DNA of 61,525 nucleotides, filler included, from Sphacelaria rigidula (taxonomy: Eukaryota), in NCBI GenBank assembly GCA_964200075.2. It is 5 parts of 5 records of this genome, joined end to end, with 100 filler letters (N's around TTAATTAATTAA, not from the genome) between each part and the next. Parts side by side here need not be neighbours in the genome. Positions count along the whole stretch, not along the records: positions 1 to 12,228 come from CAXNAA020003985.1; positions 12,329 to 24,554 come from CAXNAA020003986.1; 3 more parts are not named here. One strand, given 5' to 3'. The notes under the pieces were generated by a model. The model worked only from the letters and a program-made list of their open reading frames with translations, was not told the origin of the DNA and searched no databases. Shown here piece by piece: positions 1 to 12,436 of the stretch (the first letter of the stretch is position 1; every line of letters begins with the position of its first letter). Made by a program: the position numbers and the translations under genes.

Positions 1-160
1 CGAGTCGCACGAAGGTTGGGCTGCATCCTGCTAAGATTGTTTGGCCCGAAGCCTACTGATGATCTTGCATTTGGGTGACAGCCTACAATGAGTTGCTTTC
101 TTTTCTGGTGTCGCCACTTCCAGAGACAGTCACGGCTTATACACTGCCTCATGGGTGCTA
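1..160 (-). mobile_element. Fragment of subfamily-A LINE 3' region
   Basis: Closely similar to 42392-42547, which lies upstream of a subfamily-A terminus. Confidence 0.7.
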
Positions 161-165
161 CGATA

Positions 166-245
166 GGGTGGGGGGGGGGGTGTACTCATAATCATGCATG
201 CCATAGTCATACGACCATTGACCTCGCAAGGGTGGGGGGGGGGGA
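166..245 (-). mobile_element. C-tailed retroelement 3' terminus, subfamily A (5'-truncated)
   Basis: Reverse complement TGCGAGGTCAATGGTCGTATGACTATGGCATGCATGATTATGAGTACA with C-runs on both sides. Confidence 0.8.
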
Positions 246-2247
246 GGGGGACGGAGGGGGGGGACATCGAGGCTATTGAGCCCCCGGAGTATTGAAAGGA
301 AGTACTGAAAGTTTTGGGAAACAAGCAATGGTTCAGGTCAACAGAGCTGTACGCACTCATGTACAATTTGGATGCTGTGCCGGATAGTGTATGGCTGCTT
401 GTCAATGTTTTCTCCTCTTGTGGCGATCGCCGGCTGTTGTAACATTGTCGAGATGTTGTCGCATCTCGAGCCGCCGCGAGAATTTTGGTTAAAGGGGCCA
501 AACCACCCAGAGGCTGTAGGAATACTGGTGACAGCAGAACAAACCCCAGATGTGTGCGCAGCAGATTTTCAGGAAACAAGATAAGAATGTTTATTTTGTG
601 GAACGTCACTGGCTTGTGCGATGATATCAAGCTGTAACTTTCATGTGATCCATCATTTGGTGGGTTATTCTGCATTACTATGTGCACTTTGATTGTCTTA
701 TCTTGTGGCATAGGGCACCGGTTTGTAGCGTCCCATGTATACTGCACCTCACACGTGCTGTCTACAGTACACGGTACGGAAGCTCCCTGTTGTAAATATT
801 ACAGTAGGAGGGTTATGTGTTCAACCCTCATGGCAACATCATCAAAGATAGCTGCTTGGCAGGGCTGTGTGTATCTAAAACATGACACACACACACTTCC
901 AGTTCTCATATTGCCCTCGACGGGGTGGGGGTTGGCAGGGAGAAATAGGGTCGGGAAGGGTACGTTACCTCGATGAAAATAGAATGCCAAGCGCACTCAG
1001 ACCTCCGAAGTGAAGTTGCCCCATAGGGTGCGAAGTCTGCTCATAAAGTCATGCTAGGAGTTGATTGTTCGTTGGATATGCTTCCTTCCGCCACACAAAG
1101 ACTCGAGAGGCGATGTCGGAGACGTCATTTACGGTTCGGGTCCTTAAATATGAGGATCCCCATATGTTCACATGTGCTTCACCTCTGTGCAGATGTCCTC
1201 GCCTTGCTTCGGGAGAGGGTCGCCTACCTACTTACCTTGTTTTGCCCCCCTTTCGAGACGATATACTCTCGTGCGAGTGCATGCTTAGTGCAATATCCAT
1301 CTCGTGTCTTTCAACAACTTATCCCACGCGTTGACGGCCGCGCAGCAGTCGTGTGCAGTAAAGTACGAGTTCGGATACGGGGAAACGAATGCACACTGTT
1401 TCGTGAAGATCGTAAGAGTTGACCTCGAGTGAGAGAAATCGGGCTGGTGTGATGGATATAGAAAGGAGCGACCGACTGAGTTGCTGGGTTACGTGGAGAG
1501 TACCCCGCACCACATAGAAAGGGAGTAAGAAAAGATCAGATTCTCCAAAACAAATCTATATCGGCGGAGATCCCCCGTGCGAACACTATGAATCACCTGA
1601 GATCGTACTACTTGTCGTGCAAATCATTGCCACACGTACGAGCTACAATACATGACATGCATACGGGCGCCTCCAATACCTTAACGACACTTTCTACGAT
1701 AGTCCCCCCTCCAAAAACAAAGTGCATGGTTTTGGGAGCCAAAATTTTCACGTGCATCGAAATGGAAATAGCCGAGCACAACGAGCAGCTGGGGATTTCC
1801 ACGCTTGGGTTCGCTCTAGCCACTATCGGCAATATGAGGCGCTTCATGCAGCCTGGACCCAAACATCAGGCGCTGTATGATTATTTTTTTCGTGACACTT
1901 CTGGGCTGGTTTTGGGGGCGGGCTATCGTAGAAAGTGTCTAACGTTTCACGTATCATGAAAATCGGATGCCAAAAACGTCACGCCACAAGCCGGTAGCAC
2001 AACAACATACAGGTGAACCACGAGTTCGGAAACATTGAATGAGCGGTCGAAACACGACATAGTCCACGTCAGGCATTGACGTTCCACGTGTGTTCCGTGT
2101 TATTCAATGTAGTGTGTATACCATATAAGTTGGAGAGGCCAAGAGTCGGGGGGTTCGTCAATATTGCCACCCACGACTAAAGTTCTTGAGTCAAGGACTG
2201 AAAAATTGGTGTATGATTTACAAGGTGCTCACAAGCACATTTCAGCT

Positions 2248-2372
2248 CCCCCACCCCCCCTGCCAGCCTGATCCGGCGAAAGGCCGGCGTGCTCTACCCC
2301 GGCTTTGTAGGGATACGAGGTCAATGGTCTTGTAACTACGGCATGCAAGACCATGAGTACAGCCCTCCCTCT
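2248..2372 (+). mobile_element. C-tailed retroelement 3' terminus, subfamily A
   Basis: C-run, then ..GTGCTC..GGGATACGAGGTCAATGGTCTTGTAACTACGGCATGCAAGACCATGAGTAC, then a C-rich tract. Confidence 0.8.
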
Positions 2373-3145
2373 TCACGTTCGTCTCTTTTTTTTGCTGGTT
2401 TACGGCCAACCGGTTGGGGCACAGGTCGATCGCCACCCAATCGAGTTGATCGTATCTCGACGGACAAATACAAGAAGAAGTTGGTACGAATGTGTTGCGC
2501 AGTACCTCGCAAGTCACGGTTCAAAATTGCAACTTATAACTCGAACAGTTGAGCCGCACGTGGCGATATTTGAAGATATATTTCACCAAAATCGTTCTGT
2601 ATTCAAACGTACAATATACAACAGGATTTTGGCTGTACGTTTCGAGCGGTGCTGGGCCACGGAAGGAGGCTTCATGGCTTTCTCTCTGGCATTAGGAACC
2701 ACACGCTCCTGAAGTTTGGGCAAATTCGGAATAGGTTCTTGAGGTGAGGGTTTCAGAAGAGTGAACACAAAAAACCTGACACGAACAAACAAGTGAAAAC
2801 ACGGAGGAATGAGTTTAATCATTAATTAATGGTAACTCGATTCCTTTAAGCTAGGTGACTGCGCGTGACCGTCGGAAGTGGCCGACTGCAATAATATGCT
2901 CAGGGCGCCCGGATTCAGTGCCGTTCAGAAGATGTGGAACATTTGACAGAGCGTGGGTTTCTTGCCTAACCTAGCTTGTATGGCACACCGAAACTCCGCG
3001 GCATTTCACTATCACCTCTATTCACCGTTGAATTTGGATGCCCGACAAAACATACACGATCAGTGCTCTTCTGCGTAATTTATTGCGTAACAGTTCTTGC
3101 CGCATCGCATGGTATCTATCTTTGACGTGCCGAAACGATCGATAC

Positions 3146-3313
3146 CTGTACCATCTGGTTGTACGGATTGAAGGACGAGCTCAGCGAAGGGCACCAGGCG
3201 TCAGGCACCGGTTCTATGATCAGCTGACTGCCCGGCGGCGGTGGCATATCCAAGATGTCCTGCAGAGCCCAACATGCCATACGTCCTCCTTCCGTCCCGA
3301 GCGCAATAAACAC
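3146..3313 (-). CDS. Candidate exon, possibly a downstream exon of the C2/EF/SAM gene
   Basis: cag|GTG..CAG|gtatc boundaries and 56 stop-free codons (VFIALGTEGGRMACWALQDILDMPPPPGSQLIIEPVPDAW..). No recognisable domain. Confidence 0.3.
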
Positions 3314-4057
3314 CTGGGTATACATATCGATATATACATATATACATACGGATCAGAAGTTTTACAGAGACTTCGATACCTTAGCACTAGCCAAGCACAA
3401 CAACGCGATGATTGACGATGGTGCGAGTGTCTGCGAGAAGTATACAATACACCAATCATATTCCAGTTGCCGATGTTTAGTACTTGCAGCAAAGTGTCAG
3501 TGGGCTTGACATCCTGGACCCCTTGTGCTCCCTCGTGCTCCGTTAGTATTGTTTCCACAGGACACTACAGTGCAAAAGCTATGTTGCGAGAGTTGACATC
3601 TAACGAGATCCCAGATTTCTTTCAACACATACGCGCTTTGCGAATTCAGTTGCCATCACTACCGTGCGGTCTGGAACGGTGAACTACCCAACAGCAGTTG
3701 TTCATGCAAGAAATCGGGGGTTCATAAATGACTTGATGTATTTGAAGACACTGAATACATCATTATATTATTATGTCGCACACAACAGGACGCATGGTGA
3801 ATCGCCTCTGGTTCTATTATCTTGTGTACTGTACTGCGCTGCAATGCGCGTGCAATCGAACAGTGTTATGCAGTACTAGGACACCGTGCTTTTCTATGTT
3901 TGACTTGGAGTGTCTTAGCGCCACCCTCCATTTCAAAACCTCATATCCCAACCCAGTCCGTGAGGACTCAGAATGGATGTACACAAAATAGCTTTTTTCG
4001 CATATCCACCCCAGCCACGCCCAGTCCGTACACAGTGATGGTAGTTGATTATTGATA

Positions 4058-4316
4058 CAGCTGACTGCTGCCGAGATAGCCCCCCCCCGAACTGGCCAAA
4101 AACGTGCACGGAGGCGATGGTCATAAATGCCGTTAGAGCTGGTTTCGTCCTTCACGACGCGACTCATTTGGGCGTTATAGCTGATCTCGGACTGCTACAC
4201 GTCCCTTATGCGAGCGAAATTGCTGCAAACGAGCCCAATAGTGGGATCGCAGCCGGTTTGTCGGACGGTTTCCGGTGCACTTTTTGGGGGGGGGCTATCT
4301 CGGTAATAGTCAGCTC
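4058..4316. mobile_element. Tc1/mariner-type MITE
   Basis: TIRs of about 32 bp (CAGCTGACTGCTGCCGAGATAGCCCCCCC / GGGGGGGCTATCTCGGTAATAGTCAGCTC) flanked by TA at 4056-57 and 4317-18. Confidence 0.75.
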
Positions 4317-4490
4317 TACCAAAACATCTATTAGCCTGTACTGTACTGTACTGTACGCACCGTTCTGCATACTGTACTACATCATGTTCGTCAACCCAAA
4401 CTTTCCGCCGTTCTACTGTACAACGTGCCCACTGCACTTTGGGCTATGTAGACGTCATAGAAAGCGTACCTGCGTAAATCTCGATATTTT

Positions 4491-4815
4491 CAGAGCTATA
4501 CACGTTACACGTGCTATAGCGTTACACGTTACGTTCACGTTGCGTTCTGGCCGAAACGTAACGTGAACGTCAATTTTTTTTCATGTGATGAACGTAACGT
4601 AAATGTCACGTTAAATCTTCAAATGTAACGTTAACGTAACGTTAATTGTTTTTTGACGTGATGAACGTAACGTGAACGTCACGTTGAATTTTCAAATGTA
4701 ACGTTAACGTAGCGCTATTTTGTTTTACGTGACGCACGTCACGTAACGTGAACGTTAAGTTGTTTTTTACGTGATGAACGTAATGTGAACGTGAACATCA
4801 ACATGTATAGCCCTT
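4491..4815. mobile_element. hAT-type MITE with subterminal AACGT repeats
   Basis: TIRs CAGAGCTATACACGTT / AACATGTATAGCCCTT; perfect 8-bp TSD GATATTTT (4483-4490 and 4816-4823); interior dense in AACGTAACGTGAACGT. Confidence 0.85.
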
Positions 4816-5814
4816 GATATTTTCTAGTTTCTACAGTTGGCCGGAATGATGGGTTAGACAGCCAATGGACTCCGAGCAAAGGTTGAAGCCCTTACGCGTG
4901 CGAAAAACACGTCATGACCAGTTTGTCGACCCGGCAGCATCCGGCCAATTCACGAAAATTGGAGCCCTTTCTTTTGCTCACCCGCCATGAACATTTGATG
5001 AGATTCTACAACTTAGGCACGATACAGTGCTCCCGTGGACCGAATATGCCACATCGGTCAAGTGAGGGCTGCAGGAAATAGGATGCAGAGTTCAGGATCT
5101 GGAGAAGAAGTTGCGATCTGGCTTTACACGGATGTATGCACGGTGTTAATTCTCTATGTGCCACAAGATTCTGACTTCGCACAACCTACATGTACGCAGC
5201 GTTAGCACTGAGATAGTGATGACAATAGTAGATCACACTACACATAATGCTAGTATTAACCCGAAATAATCCGCAGGAAACCTACTTCGTTTTTTTTGCT
5301 GCCGCATATAGCCTCTGCCCGACGATCTGGACAAGATAACTTTTAACGAGGGACTCCTTCAAAATCACCGGCCTCGTGCTCCACAAGTTCTTTCTTCCAA
5401 CTTGTTTTTATCACGGAGTGATCCTCAACAGATCACATCACGAGCCAGACAGACAGCAAGGGGCCACATAGAAAAGGGCCATCAACCCAGGATCACCTGT
5501 CCCCTTCCACTGCTCCAAGCATGCATGCGATTACACTGAAACCTACGGCTTGGTATCATTTGGCTACAGCACCCTCAAAGCGAGTTCAAGACAAGCTTGG
5601 TATCATTTAGCCACACGCACTTTGAACCCCTCCCGTTCCTGGGAACGAGTCCATGGTCTCCAGGGATGTATCAACCCATATCTCCGCGGTATTTTCGATC
5701 TCGCGGATCGAGCCAGCACTCCTGCACCACGTCAACTCTCGTCAAAACAGACTCAGCCAACACTATTTTGTTTACTCACGTACTGACGCTTTCGACGGCG
5801 AATTTCAATTACTC

Positions 5815-5930
5815 CGAAGAAGCACCCGACGCATCGGGTATCGAACCCACGCTCTCTCCACCCTAATGGTGACAGTCGGGCCATTAGACTTACAACTGCA
5901 CACAGTGTTCTCCACCACACGCCGCCGGAA
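5815..5930 (-). mobile_element. tRNA-like head (possible SINE)
   Basis: Reverse complement contains AGTCTAATGG..GTGGGTTCGATACCC; no proper cloverleaf. Confidence 0.35.
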
Positions 5931-6388
5931 GAAAGGGCTAACTACATTGCTGAGATAAGGATACTGGGGGCTCAGCTTGTAATACTTAAAGGGTCAGGCT
6001 TGAACTTCCCGCGGGATACCTATTTATCAGAAGATACGGGCGTAGAAGTAAGGCAAGAGTCAATTTCATACACAAAGGACGAGTGTATGATCTCGATACG
6101 GCACAGGTGTGACATATCTCTCAATCCAGCCCCCCCCCCCCCCCCCAAGATGCGACGATCAATTAATTGATCGATCCATGTATATCATCTTAACTCTTGG
6201 GTTGGCGTCGAGTGGCAACGGCGTTATTAAACAAGCCACCAGAACCTAGGGATAAAATACACGGACTGTCACCGTATATACACAAGACACCGCCACTACC
6301 AGGCAAAAGAAAGTCCTGGACCGACAGACACAAAAGACATGCAACAACCTGAGTAACCGATTTTATTTTCCCTCAGAAAAACACAGAA

Positions 6389-7056
6389 CAGTGGATTTTC
6401 GAAAACGGGGTTGAAAACAAAAATGAGGTTCAAATCAAACGCCGTGCTTTCCCTGACCTAAATTCATGNNNNNNNNNNTGGACCACCCCATCCCTCCCGA
6501 CTTCGCTGAAACTATTTCGGGAGATTTATAGCCTTCCATTCCCCCAAAGGGTATGTGCGAAAGCGCATTTTTGCCTCTATTTCGGGGTGAAAAGGAACGT
6601 TTTGGAGTCATCCTACGATAGGGGGGGGGTATTTTGGGCCACTGCTCGCACGAAATTCTAAGGCAAATCGCTGCTGAAATCAGCAACGGTTGCTCGAACG
6701 AGCTTGTTATAGATACATAACGCTCATTTATACTGATTGACACCGTTTTGAACCAAACGCAAGCGCATCGCGAAATGTTGCAGGTCATCTGACACACTTA
6801 TCAGCCTTTTTTTTCGTGCAATCAAACACCCCCCCCCCCCTATCGTAGGATGACTCTTTGTGTCCCCAAAATCGTGCTTTCGCGCATACCCTTTGGGGGA
6901 ACGGAAGGCTAGAAATCCCTCGAAATAGTTTTAGGGAGGTCGGGAGGGATGGGTTGGTCCACATGAAAGTCATGTGTCATGAATTTAGGTCGGGGAAAGC
7001 ACGGCTTTTGAATTGAGCCTCATTTGTTTTCCAACCCCATTTTCGAGAATACACTG
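6389..7056. mobile_element. Foldback MITE with ~240-bp TIRs (hAT-like)
   Basis: 6389-6630 is the reverse complement of 6826-7056; CAGTG..CACTG ends; imperfect 8-bp TSD ACACAGAA / TTACAGAA. Confidence 0.8.
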
Positions 7057-7230
7057 TTACAGAATGGATATAGACGTGACATGTCGAAGGTGACTGTTGT
7101 TTCTTTCCTACTTTCAATCCTTCCTTTTCCTCATCTTATGTGATATTTTCTCTTCTTTTCTTCTTTTCCTTGTTCCTTCTCCTCTTGCTCTACATTTCTC
7201 CTTTTTTATGATGTTTTTTTCGGTTTCTCC

Positions 7231-8200
7231 GCGACCACAACACAGCCCGGACATAGACATGGGATAACGAAGCTAACCATCGCTTTTCTTCAACTACCAC
7301 AACACAGCCCAGACGTAGACAGGAAATGAAGAAGCTAACCATCCTTTTTCTTGAACCTACCATGATACAGCCGGGAGATAGGCATGGCATAACGAAGCTA
7401 ACCATCTTTACTATTTAACCTACCATAACACAACGTAGACATGAGATAACGAAGCTAAACATCATTTTTCTTTAACCTACCATAACACAGTCCAGGTATA
7501 GACATGGAAAAACGAGGCTAACCATCCGTTTTCTTCAACCTACCATAAAACACTCCAAACTTGTACATGAAAAGAAGAAGCTATTCATCGTTTTTCTTTG
7601 ACCTACCATAACACAGCCCACACATAGACATGGAATGAAGAAGCTAACCATCCATTTCCTTGAACGTACCATAGCGCAGCACAGACATGGACATAATGTA
7701 AAGAAGCTCGCCATCCATATAATTTAACCTACCACAACACAACCCGGGCATATACATGGAATGGCGAAGCTAACCATCGTTCTTCTTTAACCTGCCACAA
7801 CATAGTCCAGACTTGGACATGAAAAGAGGAAGCTAATCATCATTTTTCTTCAAACCTACCATAACACAGTCCAGACACAGACATGGAATGAAGAAGCTAA
7901 CCATCCATTTCCTTCAACCTACCATAACACAGCACAGACATGGACATGAAATAAAGAAGTTCACCATCCGTTTTCTTTAACCTACAACAACACAGCCCGG
8001 GCATATACATGGAATGACGAAGCTAACCATCGTTTTTCTTTAACGTACCATAGCACAGCCTGGACATAGACATGAAATGAAGAAGCTAACCATCCGTTTT
8101 CTTCAACCTACCATAACACAGTCCAGACTTAGACATGAAATGAAGATGCTAATCATCCTTTTTCTCTACCCTACCTTACCAGCCCGAACATAGACGTAAA
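7231..8200. repeat. 63-bp tandem repeat, about 16 units
   Basis: Consensus CTACCATAACACAGCCCAGACATAGACATGGAATGAAGAAGCTAACCATCCGTTTTCTTCAAC. Confidence 0.95.
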
Positions 8201-9579
8201 ATAGCGAGAGAAGACAATGGTATTTTGCCATATCAAGTTGGAAAACAATCGAGATTCTTCTCCCCCCCCCCCCCCCCCACCACAAACACAACAAAAAAAA
8301 AAAAGAAAACACCAACCCACCACACAAGCAAAAANNNNNNNNNNCCCCAACAAAAAAGAAAAAAAAGGAGAAAAAAAAAAGTTTTTTTTTCCCTAACAGT
8401 AGGAAAAAAAACGACAGTTTTCCCCCCCCCCCCCCCCCCCCCATAAGATGACAAACGTAAGGTAAGAATAAATCCAAAACCTAGACATGTACGTAATAGC
8501 GTGAAGGCTGACCACCTTACACACAAATCGAGAATACACAATACATAACAAGTACGGATAGGGTAGGGTCATCACTCCCGGTATATTAAAATCACATGGG
8601 GGTTGGGGTTTCGTGGTGAGATACCCGTAAAACCTTACCGATTTCCATTGTGCGGTGGAAACCTGGTCGAATACTTCCGTGACATTTCCGCATTAGGTGC
8701 AAAAGGCTAATGAAGGGAAGGGGTGGGTAATGCATGACGAAAACGTCAAGACCTACTGCACTCATGAAACAAACACTTTACCAATGACCGACCACATGAC
8801 CTACGAGCACGAGCACCAATTGCTACGGAGATCTCTTGAGATCTTGAAAGATAGAAGCCGATACAAAGTTTCGGGGAATCGTTGGCCAATTTTTCGGCAG
8901 CGAAGATCTACTCGCAAGCATCAGTGAAAGTAGCGACCCATGGTGAACCGTACACGGAGTGAAAAGAAGTGGCGTACGGGATATCCCGATGTGAGTAAGA
9001 CCTTGTGTCTTGCATAAAGACTTACACGGTGAAAATGACCTCCCTGGAGGAAAGTAACTAGCACAGCGGCGGGGCAAGGAGGTAGGAGATACGATCATGG
9101 GACGCCTGGATGGTTTACCATGGAGATCGCCTGGCATAAACGTAGGCTACTTGTGTCAACGGTGTTGAACTTGGCTTCCGACTACGAGCCCGTATTGGAG
9201 GCATCATTTAGTGTCGGTGTGCCAGTAAAAGACCTGGAAGGCATCAGAACCCCAACACGTACTAGGGTTCGAATGTCTTAGTACCTTGACTACATCCCAC
9301 CACAAAACTTAAACGAACAAGCTGGAGATACTCTCGAGAGTGATCGAGAGAGAGACGGTAAGGAAGGGCGGATGGAGAAGTCAACAGTGGACGGGTAAAG
9401 TACTAGTAGTGCTGGCATTCAGAGCCCGTAGCGATATGACGACGATGGAGTTGAAAGGAAATGCCATGAAGTTGGACTATACTCTCTGGAAACAGGAAGA
9501 GTAGAAAGGGAGGGAGGACACTTCCGAATCATCGCTGAAACAGAATGCGAGCAAGGAGTCGGAAGGGATGGAGACAAGT

Positions 9580-12050
9580 AAGGTCAGGTGCCGGCTTGGG
9601 TTAGAACGGTACGATGGAGAGTATGCACAGCTAATGGAACAGTGGACCTAACACGTAGTCCACGGGTGAACGGGGTGCAAGAGAAGCAGGAACAAGTAAG
9701 TACCCGGAGGGGGAAGGGAAGGGGACATAGCGGCCAGATGCAAATAGGCAAAGACCAAATCGGAACCGGGAAGATAAAGCAAAAAAGGGAAAACAGAAAT
9801 GAAAACGGCGGAGAGAGATCAATAGACGACACGAGAGTAGATAATGATTCGGAGAAGAAATTGAGAATAGGATCGTGGAAGGTGTGTGAATATGCCACAG
9901 ACGAGCGCAAAAGGTTGGAGATAGCCCAACAAGTCAGTAACCACGACCTAGATATAGTAGGAATCCAAGAATCATGGGAGAAAGAGGGGGCGGAAACAGG
10001 ATGCGAAGTTGAAAAGTACGTATGGATGGCGAAAAAGCGGAAGGGAAAGAACCCCAAGAGCAGGGGAGCAGCGGGAGTATAATTCTTAGTCAAGGAATAC
10101 CTGTGTGACATCATGGAAGTGATCGAAGACACGAAACTCAACGAGAGCATATGGGTAAGAGTACCAGGAGAGCGAGGAACGAAGAGCCTCTTCGTAGGGA
10201 GCATCTACATGCCCCCAGGATCGAAGAGTAAGGTGGACGATATACAGCGGTGGTTTGGAGAGACAGCAGTAGATGTATATAAGTATCAAAGACACTAAGA
10301 AGTAATGTTAGTGAGAGATTATATTGCAAGGGTTAGAAAAGCAGGTCAACCGAATGATATCATCGGCCAATGCGGGGAAGATGACAAGAGCATGAATGGG
10401 GTGGAAGTGCTGAAGTTCCTTGAGAATAACGAGATGAAGACGCTGGACGATAGAGCACACAAGCCAGAGGCGCAATGGACATGGACTAGGAAATGCAAAA
10501 GACGAGAGCGAACGCTCCGTTCTCGACTATATAGTGGTAAAACATGGAAGTAGTAAAGAAATAGAAGTACATATATGCGCGGAGAACGTGAGAACTACAC
10601 ACCATCGCAAAATATGGATAGAAAGCCAATAGACGAGCTGAATTAAATCGGCGGGGTAGGAAGTTGTACGAATGGAGAATCGATAAATAGAAGTGGACGG
10701 AAAACAGCAAGAGTTCCCAGAAGAGATGGCTAAAAATGCAGTAAAAATTTCCGAGCTGTTTGAAAGCGTAGGTATAGTTGGTACCGAAATGGGAAGAAAT
10801 CGGGCAGAAGCGAAGGTTATAGAAGGATGGGAGCAGTTCAAATGGAAGTGGGAGGAAGAGGAACTGCCGGCCGTAGACCAGTATATATATATATTGGCTT
10901 AGAGGTATCAAAAAACTGTTCTTGGGATCCACACATAAACAAAGTGATAGAAAAGGGTAAGGCACAGATAGGCAGGATGGACGTGATCCTCAGAGACTCG
11001 CACCTAGACACCAACCAGGATAAAGATGTGTACCCTGATGAACGTGATTGTACCAAAGCTGGTATATGCAGGAGAAGTATGGGAGGGGAACATGAACTTG
11101 GTGGGGATTTCGGAACAGTACAGATGGTAGCAGCTAAGAAAATACTTGGATGCGCAAAAACGACGAGTAATGCAGCTTTGAGAGTGGAATTGGGAACGTG
11201 CTCACTGAAAACGAACCGAGACATGAGAAAATTGCGATGGCAATATAGCGTGAAGAACATGCAGAGAACGAGATTGCCAGCCATAGTTGATAGGGCTGTA
11301 TGGAAGAAAAGTACGAAAGGGCAGGCTGGAATAGGGTGGGATAAAGAAGTCGAGAAAGACTGGAAGGAGATGGGAGGAAACCAGGACGAAACTGTGTCCA
11401 TAGATGAACGCGGGGGGTACAAGACGAAAGTAAGAGACATGATAGCAATATGGGGGAAATGATTGCTCAGACGCAAGGTAGGCGAGGAAGAACACTCGAA
11501 GGTATACGGGGGGTTGGGAGGGGGGATCGGAATGGAGGCATATTTGCATGGCCCAACGGACGCGGCAAAAAGCTTGAACCTGCGATTTCGGGTGGGGGAT
11601 CTGGACCTGCCAGAAAGAAAAAGAGATGCACCACTAGTCGAGAGGAGGACGAAGCAGATGGACAGAATTGCCCCTGTGGCGAAGCAATAGAGAGTAGAAC
11701 TCATATAGTTTCAGAATGTGAACTATACAAGGAAGAACGGAACGTGCTAGAGCGGGAAAGGCGGGACGTGAAGAAATATGGCATGAACTCGTTTGATATA
11801 TTGGACAGTGAGGAGAAAACGATGGCTATACTAAGAGCTAGATGGTGGCTACAAACGGCAAAACAGGACGGGGATAAGATATGTAGAGGGTTTTGCGTAA
11901 TGTATGGAAGGAATGTAATGAGCACCCAAATATTGGAGATGTCTTTATTAGAAGTAGGAACAGTGCTCCGTCTCGAGAGGGATGCGTGGTCAATGGCCAA
12001 ACGACTAAGGCAAGCAACAAATGAGTATGCCCCCCCCCCCCCGCCCCCCC
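9580..12050 (+). mobile_element. Decayed, internally deleted non-LTR retrotransposon (APE endonuclease, RT C-terminal part, Cys/His motif) ending in a poly(C) tail
   Basis: Frameshifted APE motifs (LRIGSW, DIVGIQESWE, LFVGSIYMPP, VLDYIVV). Near 10830 the sequence jumps to late-RT sequence (VDQYIYIGL..SWDPHINKV..KKILGC). C-terminal CPCGEAIESRTHIVSEC. Terminus ..AATGAGTATG followed by a C-run. Confidence 0.85.
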
Positions 12051-12183
12051 TGGCCTGGTCCGACGAAAACCCGACGTGCTCCGTCCCAGCTTTGTAGGGA
12101 TGTGACGTCGATGGTCTTATGACGATAGCATGCAAGATCATGAGTACACCTCCCCCCCCCCCCGCCCACCCCTCCCTCACCCC
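12051..12183 (+). mobile_element. Subfamily-A terminus inserted in the poly(C) tail of the 9.6-12.0 kb LINE
   Basis: GTGCTCCGTCCCAGCTTTGTAGGGATG..GCATGCAAGATCATGAGTACA plus a C-run, directly after the LINE C-tail. Confidence 0.8.
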
Positions 12184-12228
12184 ACTCGCCCCGAGCCGGT
12201 CTGTGTTGAGACCTCCTGCCTGTAAGAA

Positions 12229-12328
12229 NNNNNNNNNNNNNNNNNNNNNNNNNNNNNNNNNNNNNNNNNNNNTTAATTAATTAANNNNNNNNNNNNNNNN
12301 NNNNNNNNNNNNNNNNNNNNNNNNNNNN
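12229..12328. other. Scaffold gap with artificial TTAATTAATTAA spacer (also 24555-24654, 36880-36979, 49203-49302)
   Basis: The same 12-mer, with stops in all six frames, is centred in four ~100-nt N blocks. Confidence 0.95.
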
Positions 12329-12436
12329 CCCCCCCCCTCCCCCGCCATATCGTAGAGTCAGGCGAAACTCGGCCTCACCCGTGATCCTGCACCGTTAACA
12401 GCCGGGCACTACTGTCGTAGCACAAATTGCACTTAC

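Noticed and set aside
45-100. CTGATGA as a hammerhead ribozyme core
   Set aside because: No correctly placed GAAA or stem II, and the paralogous copy at ~42445 reads CTGATTA.
130-747. 205-aa minus-strand ORF
   Set aside because: No recognisable domain, and it runs through a retroelement terminus and C-runs; not supported as a gene.
7231-8200. 63-bp array as a CRISPR array or a 21-aa coding repeat
   Set aside because: Units are contiguous with no unique spacers, the frames examined hit recurrent stops or indels, and the context is eukaryotic.
8166-8575. ORFs rich in G, F, K and P
   Set aside because: Homopolymer runs around a small N gap; probably low-quality sequence.
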